Source: a virus (lineage: Duplodnaviria; Caudoviricetes). From it: a stretch of 64,000 nucleotides of DNA. Below the pieces are notes generated by a model. The model was not told the DNA's origin. It was given only the letters and a program-made list of their open reading frames with translations, and did not search any database. Both the position numbers and the translations under genes were made by a program. Location of the stretch: positions 32,001 to 96,000 of IMG/VR virus record IMGVR_UViG_3300031555_003442, one strand, 5' to 3'. Position 1 is the stretch's first letter. Each line of letters starts with the position of its first letter. Of this stretch, positions 29,795-39,100 are shown piece by piece.

Positions 29795-31281
29795 TTAGCA
29801 ACAATGCATTGAAAGAAGAAGGGAAAATTTTTACCCCGTTGTATATTGTGAACATCCTTCTCGATGTCGCAGGGTACACGGATGCCGAACATATCTTGGA
29901 AAAGCATTTCATTGACAACAGCGCAGGCGATGGAAACATCGTTGTTGCCGCTGTTTCCAGATATTGTGTCGAGTATATTCGTACCAAAGGAAACAAGCGT
30001 GGATTGAAGGATTCATTGGAAACCTATATCCATGCAATCGAACTCAACAAGGCTAACTTCCGCCAGTTGAAGAAAAGGCTCGATGAAGGCGTTTCCGTCT
30101 ACGGTATCGTCGATGTGAAATGGGACATCAGATTGGCTGATTCCCTAGCCGTACATGACTATGACGGCAAGATGGACTATGTCATCGGCAACCCGCCTTA
30201 TGTCCGTGTACACAATCTCGGGAAGCTGTACAAGGAAGTCAAGAACTACAAGTTTGCGGACAAGGGAATGTGCGACCTATACCTGGCTTTCTTCGAGCTT
30301 GGTATCAGGATGCTGAATGACACGGGTAAACTCTCTTACATCACCCCGTCGTCATGGATGCATTCCACGTCGGGAGCGGCGTTCCGTAACTACCTGTTGG
30401 AAAACGGCAATCTTTCGTGCCTAATCGACTTCGGTCACAAGCAGGTGTTCAAGGGAATCACGACCTACTCGATGATTACCTGTATCGACAAGAGTTTGCA
30501 TAATTCTAGGGTCAAGGTCGCCAACTTCAACGAACTGGACCAGATGTTGAACGACAACTGTAACCAACTGTCCCTGGATGACATGAACATCGAAGGGAAG
30601 TTCTACATCGGCAATTATAGCGAGTTGAAAGAACTTCGTGACATAAAGTCTGGCAATTATCCGAAGAAGGTTATTGTCAAGAACGGTTTCGCTACCCTTG
30701 CGGACAAGGTGTTCATCGACGCCGATGACCTCCCGAGGATGTACTGCATTCCTGTCTTGAAAGCTTCTACTGGAAAGTGGGGAACCTGTTTCTACCCGTA
30801 TGACGTTGGAGGACATCCGATTCCGAAGGAAGACCTGATGAAGCCTCACCGTTTCGGCGACTCGATGGACGATTCCGTCGAAGCCTTCCTTGTCCATCAC
30901 AAGGCTGAACTTCTGAAGGGTAGGAAGGACAGGGCTGGCCTTGACTGGTGCCACTTCGGTAGAACACAGGCAATCAACGACGTGTACAAGGGAAAACTTG
31001 CCGTGAATACGGTAGTCAAGGACCCAGACACGGTAAAGGTGAACTTTGTTGACCCTGGAAAGGGTGTTTACGCTGGCCTGTACGTCATGGGTAACGATTG
31101 CCGAGTCCCCGTGCCAACACTGACCGCATTGTTGACGGAAAAGAGATTTACCGACTATGTGGCTATGCTGAAGAACTACAAGAGCGGCGGATACTACACA
31201 TTCAGTTCGCATGACCTGGAATGCTACCTGAATTACAGGTTGAGCCTTATCAAGGAACCGAGAATTATCTATATTGGATAA
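29791..31281 (+). CDS. orphan N6-adenine DNA methyltransferase (Eco57I/TaqI-like)
   Basis: IFTP, DNSAGDGNI motif I, VIGNPPY motif IV, DLYLAF, YITPSSW. Confidence 0.9.
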   Translation: MISNNALKEEGKIFTPLYIVNILLDVAGYTDAEHILEKHFIDNSAGDGNIVVAAVSRYCVEYIRTKGNKRGLKDSLETYIHAIELNKANFRQLKKRLDEGVSVYGIVDVKWDIRLADSLAVHDYDGKMDYVIGNPPYVRVHNLGKLYKEVKNYKFADKGMCDLYLAFFELGIRMLNDTGKLSYITPSSWMHSTSGAAFRNYLLENGNLSCLIDFGHKQVFKGITTYSMITCIDKSLHNSRVKVANFNELDQMLNDNCNQLSLDDMNIEGKFYIGNYSELKELRDIKSGNYPKKVIVKNGFATLADKVFIDADDLPRMYCIPVLKASTGKWGTCFYPYDVGGHPIPKEDLMKPHRFGDSMDDSVEAFLVHHKAELLKGRKDRAGLDWCHFGRTQAINDVYKGKLAVNTVVKDPDTVKVNFVDPGKGVYAGLYVMGNDCRVPVPTLTALLTEKRFTDYVAMLKNYKSGGYYTFSSHDLECYLNYRLSLIKEPRIIYIG

Positions 31282-31285
31282 GTAA

Positions 31286-31690
31286 TTGAATATGACTACG
31301 CCTAACAGCCCAGATTATTTTTGCAGCCTAGCCAAGCGGTCAGTGTACACCGAAGCTAAGCTGAAATCCGTTGTCCGTACACTTGTAAAGAAGTCCATGC
31401 CCGCAGGGTATGGACTTCAATCCGTAATCAAAATGGACACAATATCCGTGACCTATCGGGCGGAGCTTTGTAACAGGCGTAAGCCTAACAAGCGGATGCT
31501 TTGCGATTTCGAGTATAAGGATGGAAAGCTGGAAATTTGTGCCTCATGCGTAAACAGGTTCAACCAGTACTATGTCTATCCAGACAGGCCGTACGCTTTG
31601 AAATGCAGCAACGCAACGGAAACTTTCCCGTACGATGAAGAAAAGCTTACGGAAACCCTTAAAATCTTTGACACTTTGGAGAAAATATGA
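31286..31690 (+). CDS. hypothetical protein
   Basis: 134-aa ORF fitting the gene tiling. Confidence 0.6.
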   Translation: MNMTTPNSPDYFCSLAKRSVYTEAKLKSVVRTLVKKSMPAGYGLQSVIKMDTISVTYRAELCNRRKPNKRMLCDFEYKDGKLEICASCVNRFNQYYVYPDRPYALKCSNATETFPYDEEKLTETLKIFDTLEKI

Positions 31691-31839
31691 AAAGACAATA
31701 TGTAAAACCCACCATGGAAATCATCGAAGGCGACCTTCAGACCCAGTTGCTTGCTGGTTCTGGCGAAGAATCAGGCAACCCGTATTGGGACCCTCCTGCA
31801 GAAAAAGAAGGATGTGAAACGCCGTGGTGGTGCCCGTAA
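31687..31839 (+). CDS. 50-aa peptide with a RiPP-leader-like N-terminus (below the ORF track cutoff)
   Basis: MKRQYVKPTMEIIEGDLQTQLLAGSGEESGNPYWDPPAEKEGCETPWWCP; GGAG RBS and ATGA overlap. Confidence 0.7.
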   Translation: MKRQYVKPTMEIIEGDLQTQLLAGSGEESGNPYWDPPAEKEGCETPWWCP

Positions 31840-31854
31840 CAGGAGGACAGGAAC

Positions 31855-32040
31855 ATGTGCAACGATGACCGTGAAAAGATAATGCACCTCAAATGCAGTG
31901 ACGGAGTATTGAACTTTGCACGTCAGGCATACGATGAATCCGAACTTGTCAGGGATTTAATCGAGAAGAAGCCCGAATGGATTGCCTCCCATACGATGCG
32001 TGATGTGGCCGACGAACTTGAAGAACTCTACATGAAGTAG
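31855..32040 (+). CDS. hypothetical protein
   Basis: AGGAGG RBS. Confidence 0.65.
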   Translation: MCNDDREKIMHLKCSDGVLNFARQAYDESELVRDLIEKKPEWIASHTMRDVADELEELYMK

Positions 32041-32054
32041 GGAGGAACGGTAAA

Positions 32055-32210
32055 ATGAAACCGCTTAAATTTCAGCATTTTTATGGAACGTATGAGTCCA
32101 GGACTAGCGCTGCGGCGAAATGCTGCGAGTTTGTAAATGAAAATAAAATAGAGGTCGTATCTATCTCTCATTGCGAGTACGATGTCTTCCTTTACTATCG
32201 GGAAAAGTAA
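32055..32210 (+). CDS. small hypothetical protein, 51 aa (not in track)
   Basis: GGAGG RBS, MKPLKFQHFYGTYES...FLYYREK. Confidence 0.6.
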   Translation: MKPLKFQHFYGTYESRTSAAAKCCEFVNENKIEVVSISHCEYDVFLYYREK

Positions 32211-32228
32211 TAACAGAACGAGGTCAAT

Positions 32229-32681
32229 ATGTCAGAATTGAGATGTCAAGCAGAACTCAACTGGTACGAGGTTGGCAAGGAAACTCCTCGTGACAGCATC
32301 CTTCTTTTCCTTGTCAGCGAAAAAGAACCTGAAATTCTGTACACTGGAATGAGTGTCAATGGTCAGTTTCGCATAATGGGTCAATTAGGTGGTATTCTAC
32401 CACTTAAAGACACGAAATTCACTCACTTTGCATACGTGAACAAGAATATGCTTCCGATTAACTGCAAGCCAGGTTGTCTAGGCAGCGGTTGGCATCTTAC
32501 CAAGGATGAACTTCCAGAAAATGACGAGCCCGTCGCAATCTGGCCTAGCTTCCAGGGTCGTCAGTTCGCTGTATGGAATAAGGAATGCGACTGCTGGGAT
32601 ACCGAGGACGGCGACGATTACATGTGCGACAAGGATGCTGTCGAGAAGTGGTATCCTATTAACTGGGGAGGGGCGCAATGA
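32229..32681 (+). CDS. hypothetical protein (tandem DUF551-like modules)
   Basis: Two W....e.P starts (WYEVGKETP, WHLTKDELPE). Confidence 0.55.
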   Translation: MSELRCQAELNWYEVGKETPRDSILLFLVSEKEPEILYTGMSVNGQFRIMGQLGGILPLKDTKFTHFAYVNKNMLPINCKPGCLGSGWHLTKDELPENDEPVAIWPSFQGRQFAVWNKECDCWDTEDGDDYMCDKDAVEKWYPINWGGAQ

Positions 32682-32911
32682 TTTCCGAAGACCAGAAAAA
32701 AGAAATCGATGAGCTTGCCGAACAGATGAAGTCGGAGGTTAAGGAAGACCATACGATTCTTGATGTTCTTCAAGATTGGGCCGAGTCCTCTCTGACTGCT
32801 ACATGGCGACAATGTGAAAATATCATAATAGCCGCATATCAAATCGGAAAAGAACATGGAAGAAATGAAGTGCGTGACGCTCAACCAAAGGTGGTAACCC
32901 ATGATAACTAG
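32678..32911 (+). CDS. hypothetical protein
   Basis: ATGA overlap, GGAGG RBS. Confidence 0.65.
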   Translation: MISEDQKKEIDELAEQMKSEVKEDHTILDVLQDWAESSLTATWRQCENIIIAAYQIGKEHGRNEVRDAQPKVVTHDN

Positions 32912-33170
32912 AAAAGAACTCGCTGATGCGATGCTCAAAAACGACAAGCTCAAACTGGGTGTGACCGAAAAGTTCTACGACCGTGAATCCCAATGCGCCT
33001 ACTGCGGCGACAAGGGTCAGGTTATTTTCGACCAGGACAACCAGGAACTTGACCGCTATGAAAACGACTTCTGTGTTGCCGCCCTTCCTGTCGAGTCGGT
33101 AAAACAAGCCATCGCTGCTCTGGAATACTACGAGGAGCATGGAGAACTTCCTGACGAAGAGTACGTGTAA
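32901..33170 (+). CDS. hypothetical protein
   Basis: Fits tiling; CxxC. Confidence 0.65.
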   Translation: MITRKELADAMLKNDKLKLGVTEKFYDRESQCAYCGDKGQVIFDQDNQELDRYENDFCVAALPVESVKQAIAALEYYEEHGELPDEEYV

Positions 33171-33183
33171 TAATGAGGTGAAC

Positions 33184-33501
33184 ATGAAACTCGTATATAA
33201 CAGCATAGAAATTACATGCACCGTAGATGAGTTCGAGGAGTTGGTTACCCGTGGTCTTATCCCTGGGCGAGAAGCCTTGATGGAAAAGTATAAGGACGAC
33301 GACTGGATTGGTATGATGCGTAAGCTGGTTCCTGAAAAGCCGAAGGACGGTCAGCCTGACCTCCCGTATAAGCCGCCTGTTGTCGCTCTATATGGTTGCG
33401 AGATGTCTAAGCCTATTGCTGTATATGGATGTCAGCCGATACCGTCAAAAGACTACGACCCTACTTATACATCTTCGCAGACGACAAGCGATGATAAATG
33501 A
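33184..33501 (+). CDS. hypothetical protein
   Basis: GAGGTG RBS; duplicated VALYGC/IAVYGC. Confidence 0.65.
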   Translation: MKLVYNSIEITCTVDEFEELVTRGLIPGREALMEKYKDDDWIGMMRKLVPEKPKDGQPDLPYKPPVVALYGCEMSKPIAVYGCQPIPSKDYDPTYTSSQTTSDDK

Positions 33502-33508
33502 GGATGCT

Positions 33509-33691
33509 ATGACATCGAAAAACAAGCACGAGAAACTGAACGGGCGCAAACTGAGCAGGCCAACTCCCCGAGATTGTAAGAGCAGTCAGAGGAACGAGCA
33601 TGCAAAGCGTGGTGCATTCTATGACCAGAGCATACGGCAGCGCTTGAATATGGAAGCAAAGTCTGAAATCGCAGATGCTGCGGAGGAGTAA
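33509..33691 (+). CDS. small basic hypothetical protein
   Basis: GAGGA RBS. Confidence 0.55.
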   Translation: MTSKNKHEKLNGRKLSRPTPRDCKSSQRNEHAKRGAFYDQSIRQRLNMEAKSEIADAAEE

Positions 33692-33693
33692 CT

Positions 33694-34059
33694 ATGTTCT
33701 GGTTTTTATTGGTAGTTGGTATAGGTGTTTTTGTCATACTCGTATTATGGGTGTATGCTTGCCTTACCGCAAAGAAAAACTTTTACCGTTGGGCAAGAAA
33801 CGGGCTTCCTCACTGGCCTATCTATGAAATTTACTGTGCCCGTTACCAGTTCGGACCACCTTATGAGTGGGACCCAGATTGTCGCATCAAGGCGGAATCT
33901 GCAAGTGCCGCAGTAGAACGATACTTGAACTGGTATCATCGTACCCATCACAAGCAGCACGAACTTGAACATGCTGGCCACTTCTGTTCGACAACCTATC
34001 AGTGGGGTAAAATCGAGGTTGTCAATCTCAGTACCAAGTGGCGTAGTTATTTTAGATAA
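33694..34059 (+). CDS. membrane-anchored hypothetical protein
   Basis: N-terminal hydrophobic helix, GGAGG RBS. Confidence 0.65.
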   Translation: MFWFLLVVGIGVFVILVLWVYACLTAKKNFYRWARNGLPHWPIYEIYCARYQFGPPYEWDPDCRIKAESASAAVERYLNWYHRTHHKQHELEHAGHFCSTTYQWGKIEVVNLSTKWRSYFR

Positions 34060-34067
34060 GGAATTTT

Positions 34068-34286
34068 ATGGCAAAGCTTGAAGTGACTAGCGTTAGAGAG
34101 AAGGAAGGCAGGACTTGCTTCTACTGCAACGATACCCTGATTTTCAGTTCTCCTACAAAGGTTCCCGAAAATTTCCAGGTATCTCAGGAGGCATGGGACG
34201 ATGCTCGTCAGATGTGCGTGGATGCCCGAATAAGGGGTAACTGGGTTGGTGAGGATATTACCAATCCGATTCCGTTTGAAGGTTAA
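34068..34286 (+). CDS. hypothetical protein
   Basis: AAGGA RBS. Confidence 0.6.
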   Translation: MAKLEVTSVREKEGRTCFYCNDTLIFSSPTKVPENFQVSQEAWDDARQMCVDARIRGNWVGEDITNPIPFEG

Positions 34287-34309
34287 CAATAAAATGAGGA
34301 ATAGGTGAT

Positions 34310-35134
34310 ATGAACCCAAGTTCAAAACTAGAAGCGGCCCTTGACTCGATGGGCTTGACTCAAGAACAGAAAGACAAGATTTGTGATGCTTACAAGGAAG
34401 ATTTGCGTAGGCAGACCGACAATATCGGCGACATGATTGATGCGTTCAAGGAAAAGCTGAACAAGAACAATACCGAGGCGCTCAACAGGACCCGTAAGGA
34501 AGTTACCAAGCAGATGTGGAATAATAACCGCATTGACTTGGAGAATGAAAAGGAAAAGCTAGAAGCGGAGTTCAAGAAGAAGCACGAGGCTGACGAAAAG
34601 CTTGAACAGAAGATGCTTGAAACGGTTAACGTTGCCGCCGAACGCTATGCCAATTACAGGCTTGGCGAAAAATGTACGGAAGGTGATGTCGAGGCGTTGA
34701 AGGCGTTGGCGAAGGACGTGTTTGAGCACCTGAAGGCCGAGATGAACGCCCCGCTGTACATTGTCACGGTGACCTATCAGCACGACATGGATGTCGAAGA
34801 CCGTAAAATCTACATCGGTCGTGACCCAGTAAAGGCAAAGCGTGCGTTCATGAACTACCAGGAACTTTGGCACAAGGAGAGCAAGCGTAAGTTCCCGAAC
34901 CCGTTCAAGTATAAGGAGAGCAACGGTTATTTCGAGGGAGCCAAGTATCTGGACGACGAAATTACTGGCAAGCAGGCTGACGAAATGTTGTCCGACGCCC
35001 TTGACGAGTCCATTGCGAACAAGCATGACTACACAATCAGGCCAGACGATATTGGCGAGGACCTGGACTTCAATAATTCCCCATGCTCTCTGGAAGTGAT
35101 TGTAGGCGACTACGAAACCTACGGCGGTGTATGA
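34310..35134 (+). CDS. coiled-coil hypothetical protein
   Basis: 274 aa, E/K-rich. Confidence 0.7.
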   Translation: MNPSSKLEAALDSMGLTQEQKDKICDAYKEDLRRQTDNIGDMIDAFKEKLNKNNTEALNRTRKEVTKQMWNNNRIDLENEKEKLEAEFKKKHEADEKLEQKMLETVNVAAERYANYRLGEKCTEGDVEALKALAKDVFEHLKAEMNAPLYIVTVTYQHDMDVEDRKIYIGRDPVKAKRAFMNYQELWHKESKRKFPNPFKYKESNGYFEGAKYLDDEITGKQADEMLSDALDESIANKHDYTIRPDDIGEDLDFNNSPCSLEVIVGDYETYGGV

Positions 35135-35154
35135 TGAAACCCACAGGAGGAAAT

Positions 35155-35328
35155 ATGAAAAAGGATAACCTGATTGAAACAATCAAAAAGGACTCCCTTG
35201 CGGAGGATGTCGCACACCTAATCGTTAACAAATGGGGTATCAACCTCGTTGCCGTAAAGAGCATAACGATTAACCGACAGAAAGACGGTCAGCTAAAAGA
35301 CCTTCACGTCGAGTTCATTCCAGCCTAG
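35155..35328 (+). CDS. small hypothetical protein
   Basis: AGGAGG RBS. Confidence 0.6.
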   Translation: MKKDNLIETIKKDSLAEDVAHLIVNKWGINLVAVKSITINRQKDGQLKDLHVEFIPA

Positions 35329-35340
35329 TTTAAGGCAAAA

Positions 35341-35371
35341 AGAAAAGGGCAAGCAATGCTTGCCCTTTCTT
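35341..35371. terminator. bidirectional intrinsic terminator
   Basis: AAAGGGCAAGCA-a-TGCTTGCCCTTT between convergent genes. Confidence 0.8.
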
Positions 35372-35384
35372 AATTTCACGCCTA

Positions 35385-36110
35385 TTAGACGTGCTTGTAT
35401 CCAGGCGGAATCCAGATGGTGAACCTGTCGTACTGGAACGTTGCGTTCCAAGTACCGAGTTCAGCCACGTTGTAAGTTCCCTTCGTCGGCAACTTGACAG
35501 TCCGCGGCCATGCGTTGATATACGTGATGGAGAAGATGCAGTCACCGTACATCCAGTCGTAGTATTCCAGCGTAACCGTCTGGTTACGGAGGAGCCGCAC
35601 GGTCGGGTTAGGCCAGTTGGCCTGTTGGCCGAGACCGAGGTGGATGTGGTTAGAAGAATCCTGGGCGATACGGTTCGTCTGCCAGTTGGCGTCTGAACGG
35701 TTTGCCAAGGTTAGCTCACCCGTGTTGTAGATGAGGTTACGCCATTCCATCATGGCTTCATACGGAGCCATATCTTCGGTACACACACCGCCGATGGAGA
35801 ATGTACCATCGAGGCCGTGCTGACCGACAGGATAGTGCTTGTTGAAGCCCATGTACTGGAACGCCTTGGATTCCAACTCGACGGCTGGAATGTCAGGCGG
35901 TTCCTGGACGTAGAGAGCAAAGGATGCTTCGCCGTCCTGGATGTCGAACTGGTCGTGGTTTTGAAGGCCCATGCCGAAGGCGTGGAAGATTTCTGTGGAA
36001 ATCAGCATCCTCCAACGGCTGGTCCTATACGGGTCGGCGAGGGTGTCAATGACAGCGCCAAAGAACACCTTTTTCTTCAATTCGTCGTCGATTGTCTGGT
36101 TGATACCCAT
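35385..36110 (-). CDS. tail tube protein (gp19-like)
   Basis: Follows the sheath; DPYRTSRW, EWRNLI, INAWP, WNATFQYD. Confidence 0.8.
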   Translation of the reverse strand: MGINQTIDDELKKKVFFGAVIDTLADPYRTSRWRMLISTEIFHAFGMGLQNHDQFDIQDGEASFALYVQEPPDIPAVELESKAFQYMGFNKHYPVGQHGLDGTFSIGGVCTEDMAPYEAMMEWRNLIYNTGELTLANRSDANWQTNRIAQDSSNHIHLGLGQQANWPNPTVRLLRNQTVTLEYYDWMYGDCIFSITYINAWPRTVKLPTKGTYNVAELGTWNATFQYDRFTIWIPPGYKHV

Positions 36111-36123
36111 AGTTTACCTCCAA

Positions 36124-39100
36124 TTACACATAAAGTGAAGTGGTCTGAGTGTTGCTAGAACCATTGGATTCAACAATAGTTCTCAATGTAATCCAGCGAG
36201 AGGTCTTGGTTGGCTTCAAGCGGAGGTCAACGTGCAACTCGTTCCTGTCGATTACGTCAGGCGTGTTGTTCGTGTCGTCGCAGATAGCCGTACCTGAGTA
36301 CAAACCAGCCGGGTTAGAGTTCATGATTGCATCGAGTTGAGCCTGCAGGTCCGACTGGATGTTCGTACGCAGGTTGGTGGTGTTCAACTGGAAGACCTTC
36401 CTATCGAGGTAGTGATAGAACATCTTGTGAATACCAGCCAAGAGCATAGCGACATGAATCTGGTCGAATGCTGAGCTTTCCTTCTGCATCGTGAAGTCGC
36501 CCCAGATGAACATTCCACGGCTGTTGAAACGAGTCGGGTTGACCCTGATTTCGGTCAGACGTGCGATGTTGGAATCCGTGTCTTCTGGATACTTGAAGGT
36601 TCTCGGATACTTTTCGGTTACGCCCCATTCCGTCGGGATGACAGCGTTGATTTCGCCAGCAGGCGGCAACCACCAGATACCGTTGGCAGCGTTTGCCGTG
36701 ATGATGGAGGCCAGCTGTACGGACTTCACCACTTCGACGTTCATGAGGGTGTAGTAGCTGTCGAAGAAGATGCCACGGCCATCGTAGATAGCGCCCCAAC
36801 GGCCCTTCACTCCGAAGCCCTGTGAACCAATCATCTTCCTGAGGGTAGTCTCGATGTTGGCTTCGCCTACGCCGTCAAGGATAGCAAAGCAGTCCTTACG
36901 GAGTTCGCAGACATTGAGGATTGCGGAAATGACCGTACCGTCGAGAACTTCACGGTCCTTCTTGAACAGGTTCGTGACACCAGTACCAGCACCGATGAGC
37001 ATAGACACGTCCGTGCCATCCTTGTCGAGGAACAGGTTCCAAGCGTTTGCAAGGGTAGCGGTGTCGCTGTTGTTGGCTGGCGTGTATTCCCAGATTGCGT
37101 CGTTGATGATGGCCGGGTCACGTTCATCGTATGCGAGCATCGTGGAAACAGAGTCGAGACGTCCGTTTTCAACACTCTGGGACATATCGTAAGAGTTGTT
37201 CGTGAGGAAGTTGTCGAGGATGCCGCTGTCGTTGATGAGGAGCCTTGCACCGCTGTTCGTGAGAACAGAGTCGGCCACGTCACCAATGTAGAGGTTACCG
37301 TCATCATGCACGTAAGGCACGATGGTTCCTTCCATCTCGTAGCTCTTGCCGTTGAAGTGGTAGGTGATGTAGAGGTACATCCTTGCGATGGCCTCGCCTT
37401 CCGTAGAAAGCACATACACCTGCTTTGCAACGCCATTGAAGTTCACATCTTCGTACTTGACGGATGCGAGACCCATTGCGTTGAACGAAGCACCGATTTC
37501 GTCGCTCACGAGGAGCTTGTCGGTACGCTGCATCACGCCACCGTTGTAGGTAGAGTATGCGAAGTCGAGCAGGTCCTTGTACGGGTCGCTTTCCTCGTGT
37601 TCACCAGGAACGATGAAGTTTTCTTCCTGTACGTTCGCAGGAACCGTCAGGTCGTATGCACCGAGCATATTGAATGTCAAGCCATCCTTGCCAGCCACCC
37701 AGATGTTTGCATTGGATGCAGTGAGGTCGACCAGTTTCCATTCGCTGTTCGCACCGAACTTGTTAGCCTTACCCGTATACTCGTCGAATTCGATATCTCC
37801 GTGGTGGCTCAAAATCACGATGTCCTTGAACGTGTTGATGTTCTGGACAACGTAGATATCGTCCTTGCCGAAGATTTCCGTCTGGTCGTCAGCTGCCTTG
37901 TTCGTCTTCTGAGGAACGAATGCGACGAGGTCGCCAATTCCGTACTGAGTTGCTGTTCCGAACGGTACCTGCACGCCGATTGTGGTCGGCGTGTTGTACT
38001 TGTACCTGTCGGCAGGGTCGGTAATCTGGGTGACGTTGTTGCCAAGGTAAGTGTTGATTGCGAACCCTTCCTTGTTGAAAGCAGCAAGGATGTTATTCGT
38101 CGTTGCCGTGAGGTTGATGAGAGTCGTTCCGAGTTCACCGCTAACGTCGGTACCATCCTTGTCGGTGAGAGTTACTGCGCCAGAACCCGTCACAGCAGTG
38201 ACGTAGTATTCGAGCTTTTTTGCATCATTTTTGAGCTGGATAATGTCGTCTGCGGATACAGTGCCGACATCGACCATGGCACGAGTCTGCAACATATCAG
38301 GCTTTCCTGAAAGGGTTTCAGGGAACACCATCGTAACGACGTATTCCAGAACGGGGTAAGTAGCCGTAAAGCTGATTTCGTCGTCCACTTCAGGGGCTGT
38401 AGCTCCCTCGGGATAGACAAATGTCCAAGAACTGCCGCTCTTGCTGATGGTACCCGAGTCGCAGGTATATGTTGCGTCGTCGGGAACATCGGTTTCAACG
38501 AAGGTTACCGTACCAGTTGCCGTGCGGGTGTTTTTATCCACGGCAGTAACCTTGAATGTACCAGCACTCGTCTTAGGAGTTTCACTTTCGACGGCTTTCG
38601 GGCCAGACACGTTAACACCAAGGTATTCTTCATTCTTGGTTCCGAAGGTCGCAACAACGGAGTCTTCAGCATTGATTCTGTCCATAAACTCGATAGCATC
38701 ATCTTCCTCTTCGAAGGTTGCTGTGAGTTTCTTCGGTGCGGAAGATGTCCATGTAACATTGGTGAGTTCAACCGTGTTCAACACGTCAGGACGGTTGGAG
38801 TTGACGTTCAGCGTGACAATCTTTGCAGATGCGTCGCAGCTTTCCTTTCCAACGGACGTGATTTCGTAAGAGTCGAACTTTGTTGCACCAACAGCGTCGG
38901 CATCCAGCGTGACTGTCACTTCTCCATCGACCGTGACCGTGTCGACCGTACCCGTGACACTCTTCGTGTCATTGTAGTAGAACTTGACGGTGTCGCCCGC
39001 TTCAAGAACAGCGTCTTGGGGAGTGAACGTGAACGTCCTCAGACCTGCGATACCAGTGATTTCTTCATCTGTCGGGAGACCGATGATACGGGTAATCTTG

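Noticed and set aside
29791-31281. Restriction-modification system
   Set aside because: No recognisable endonuclease adjacent; orphan MTases are common in phages
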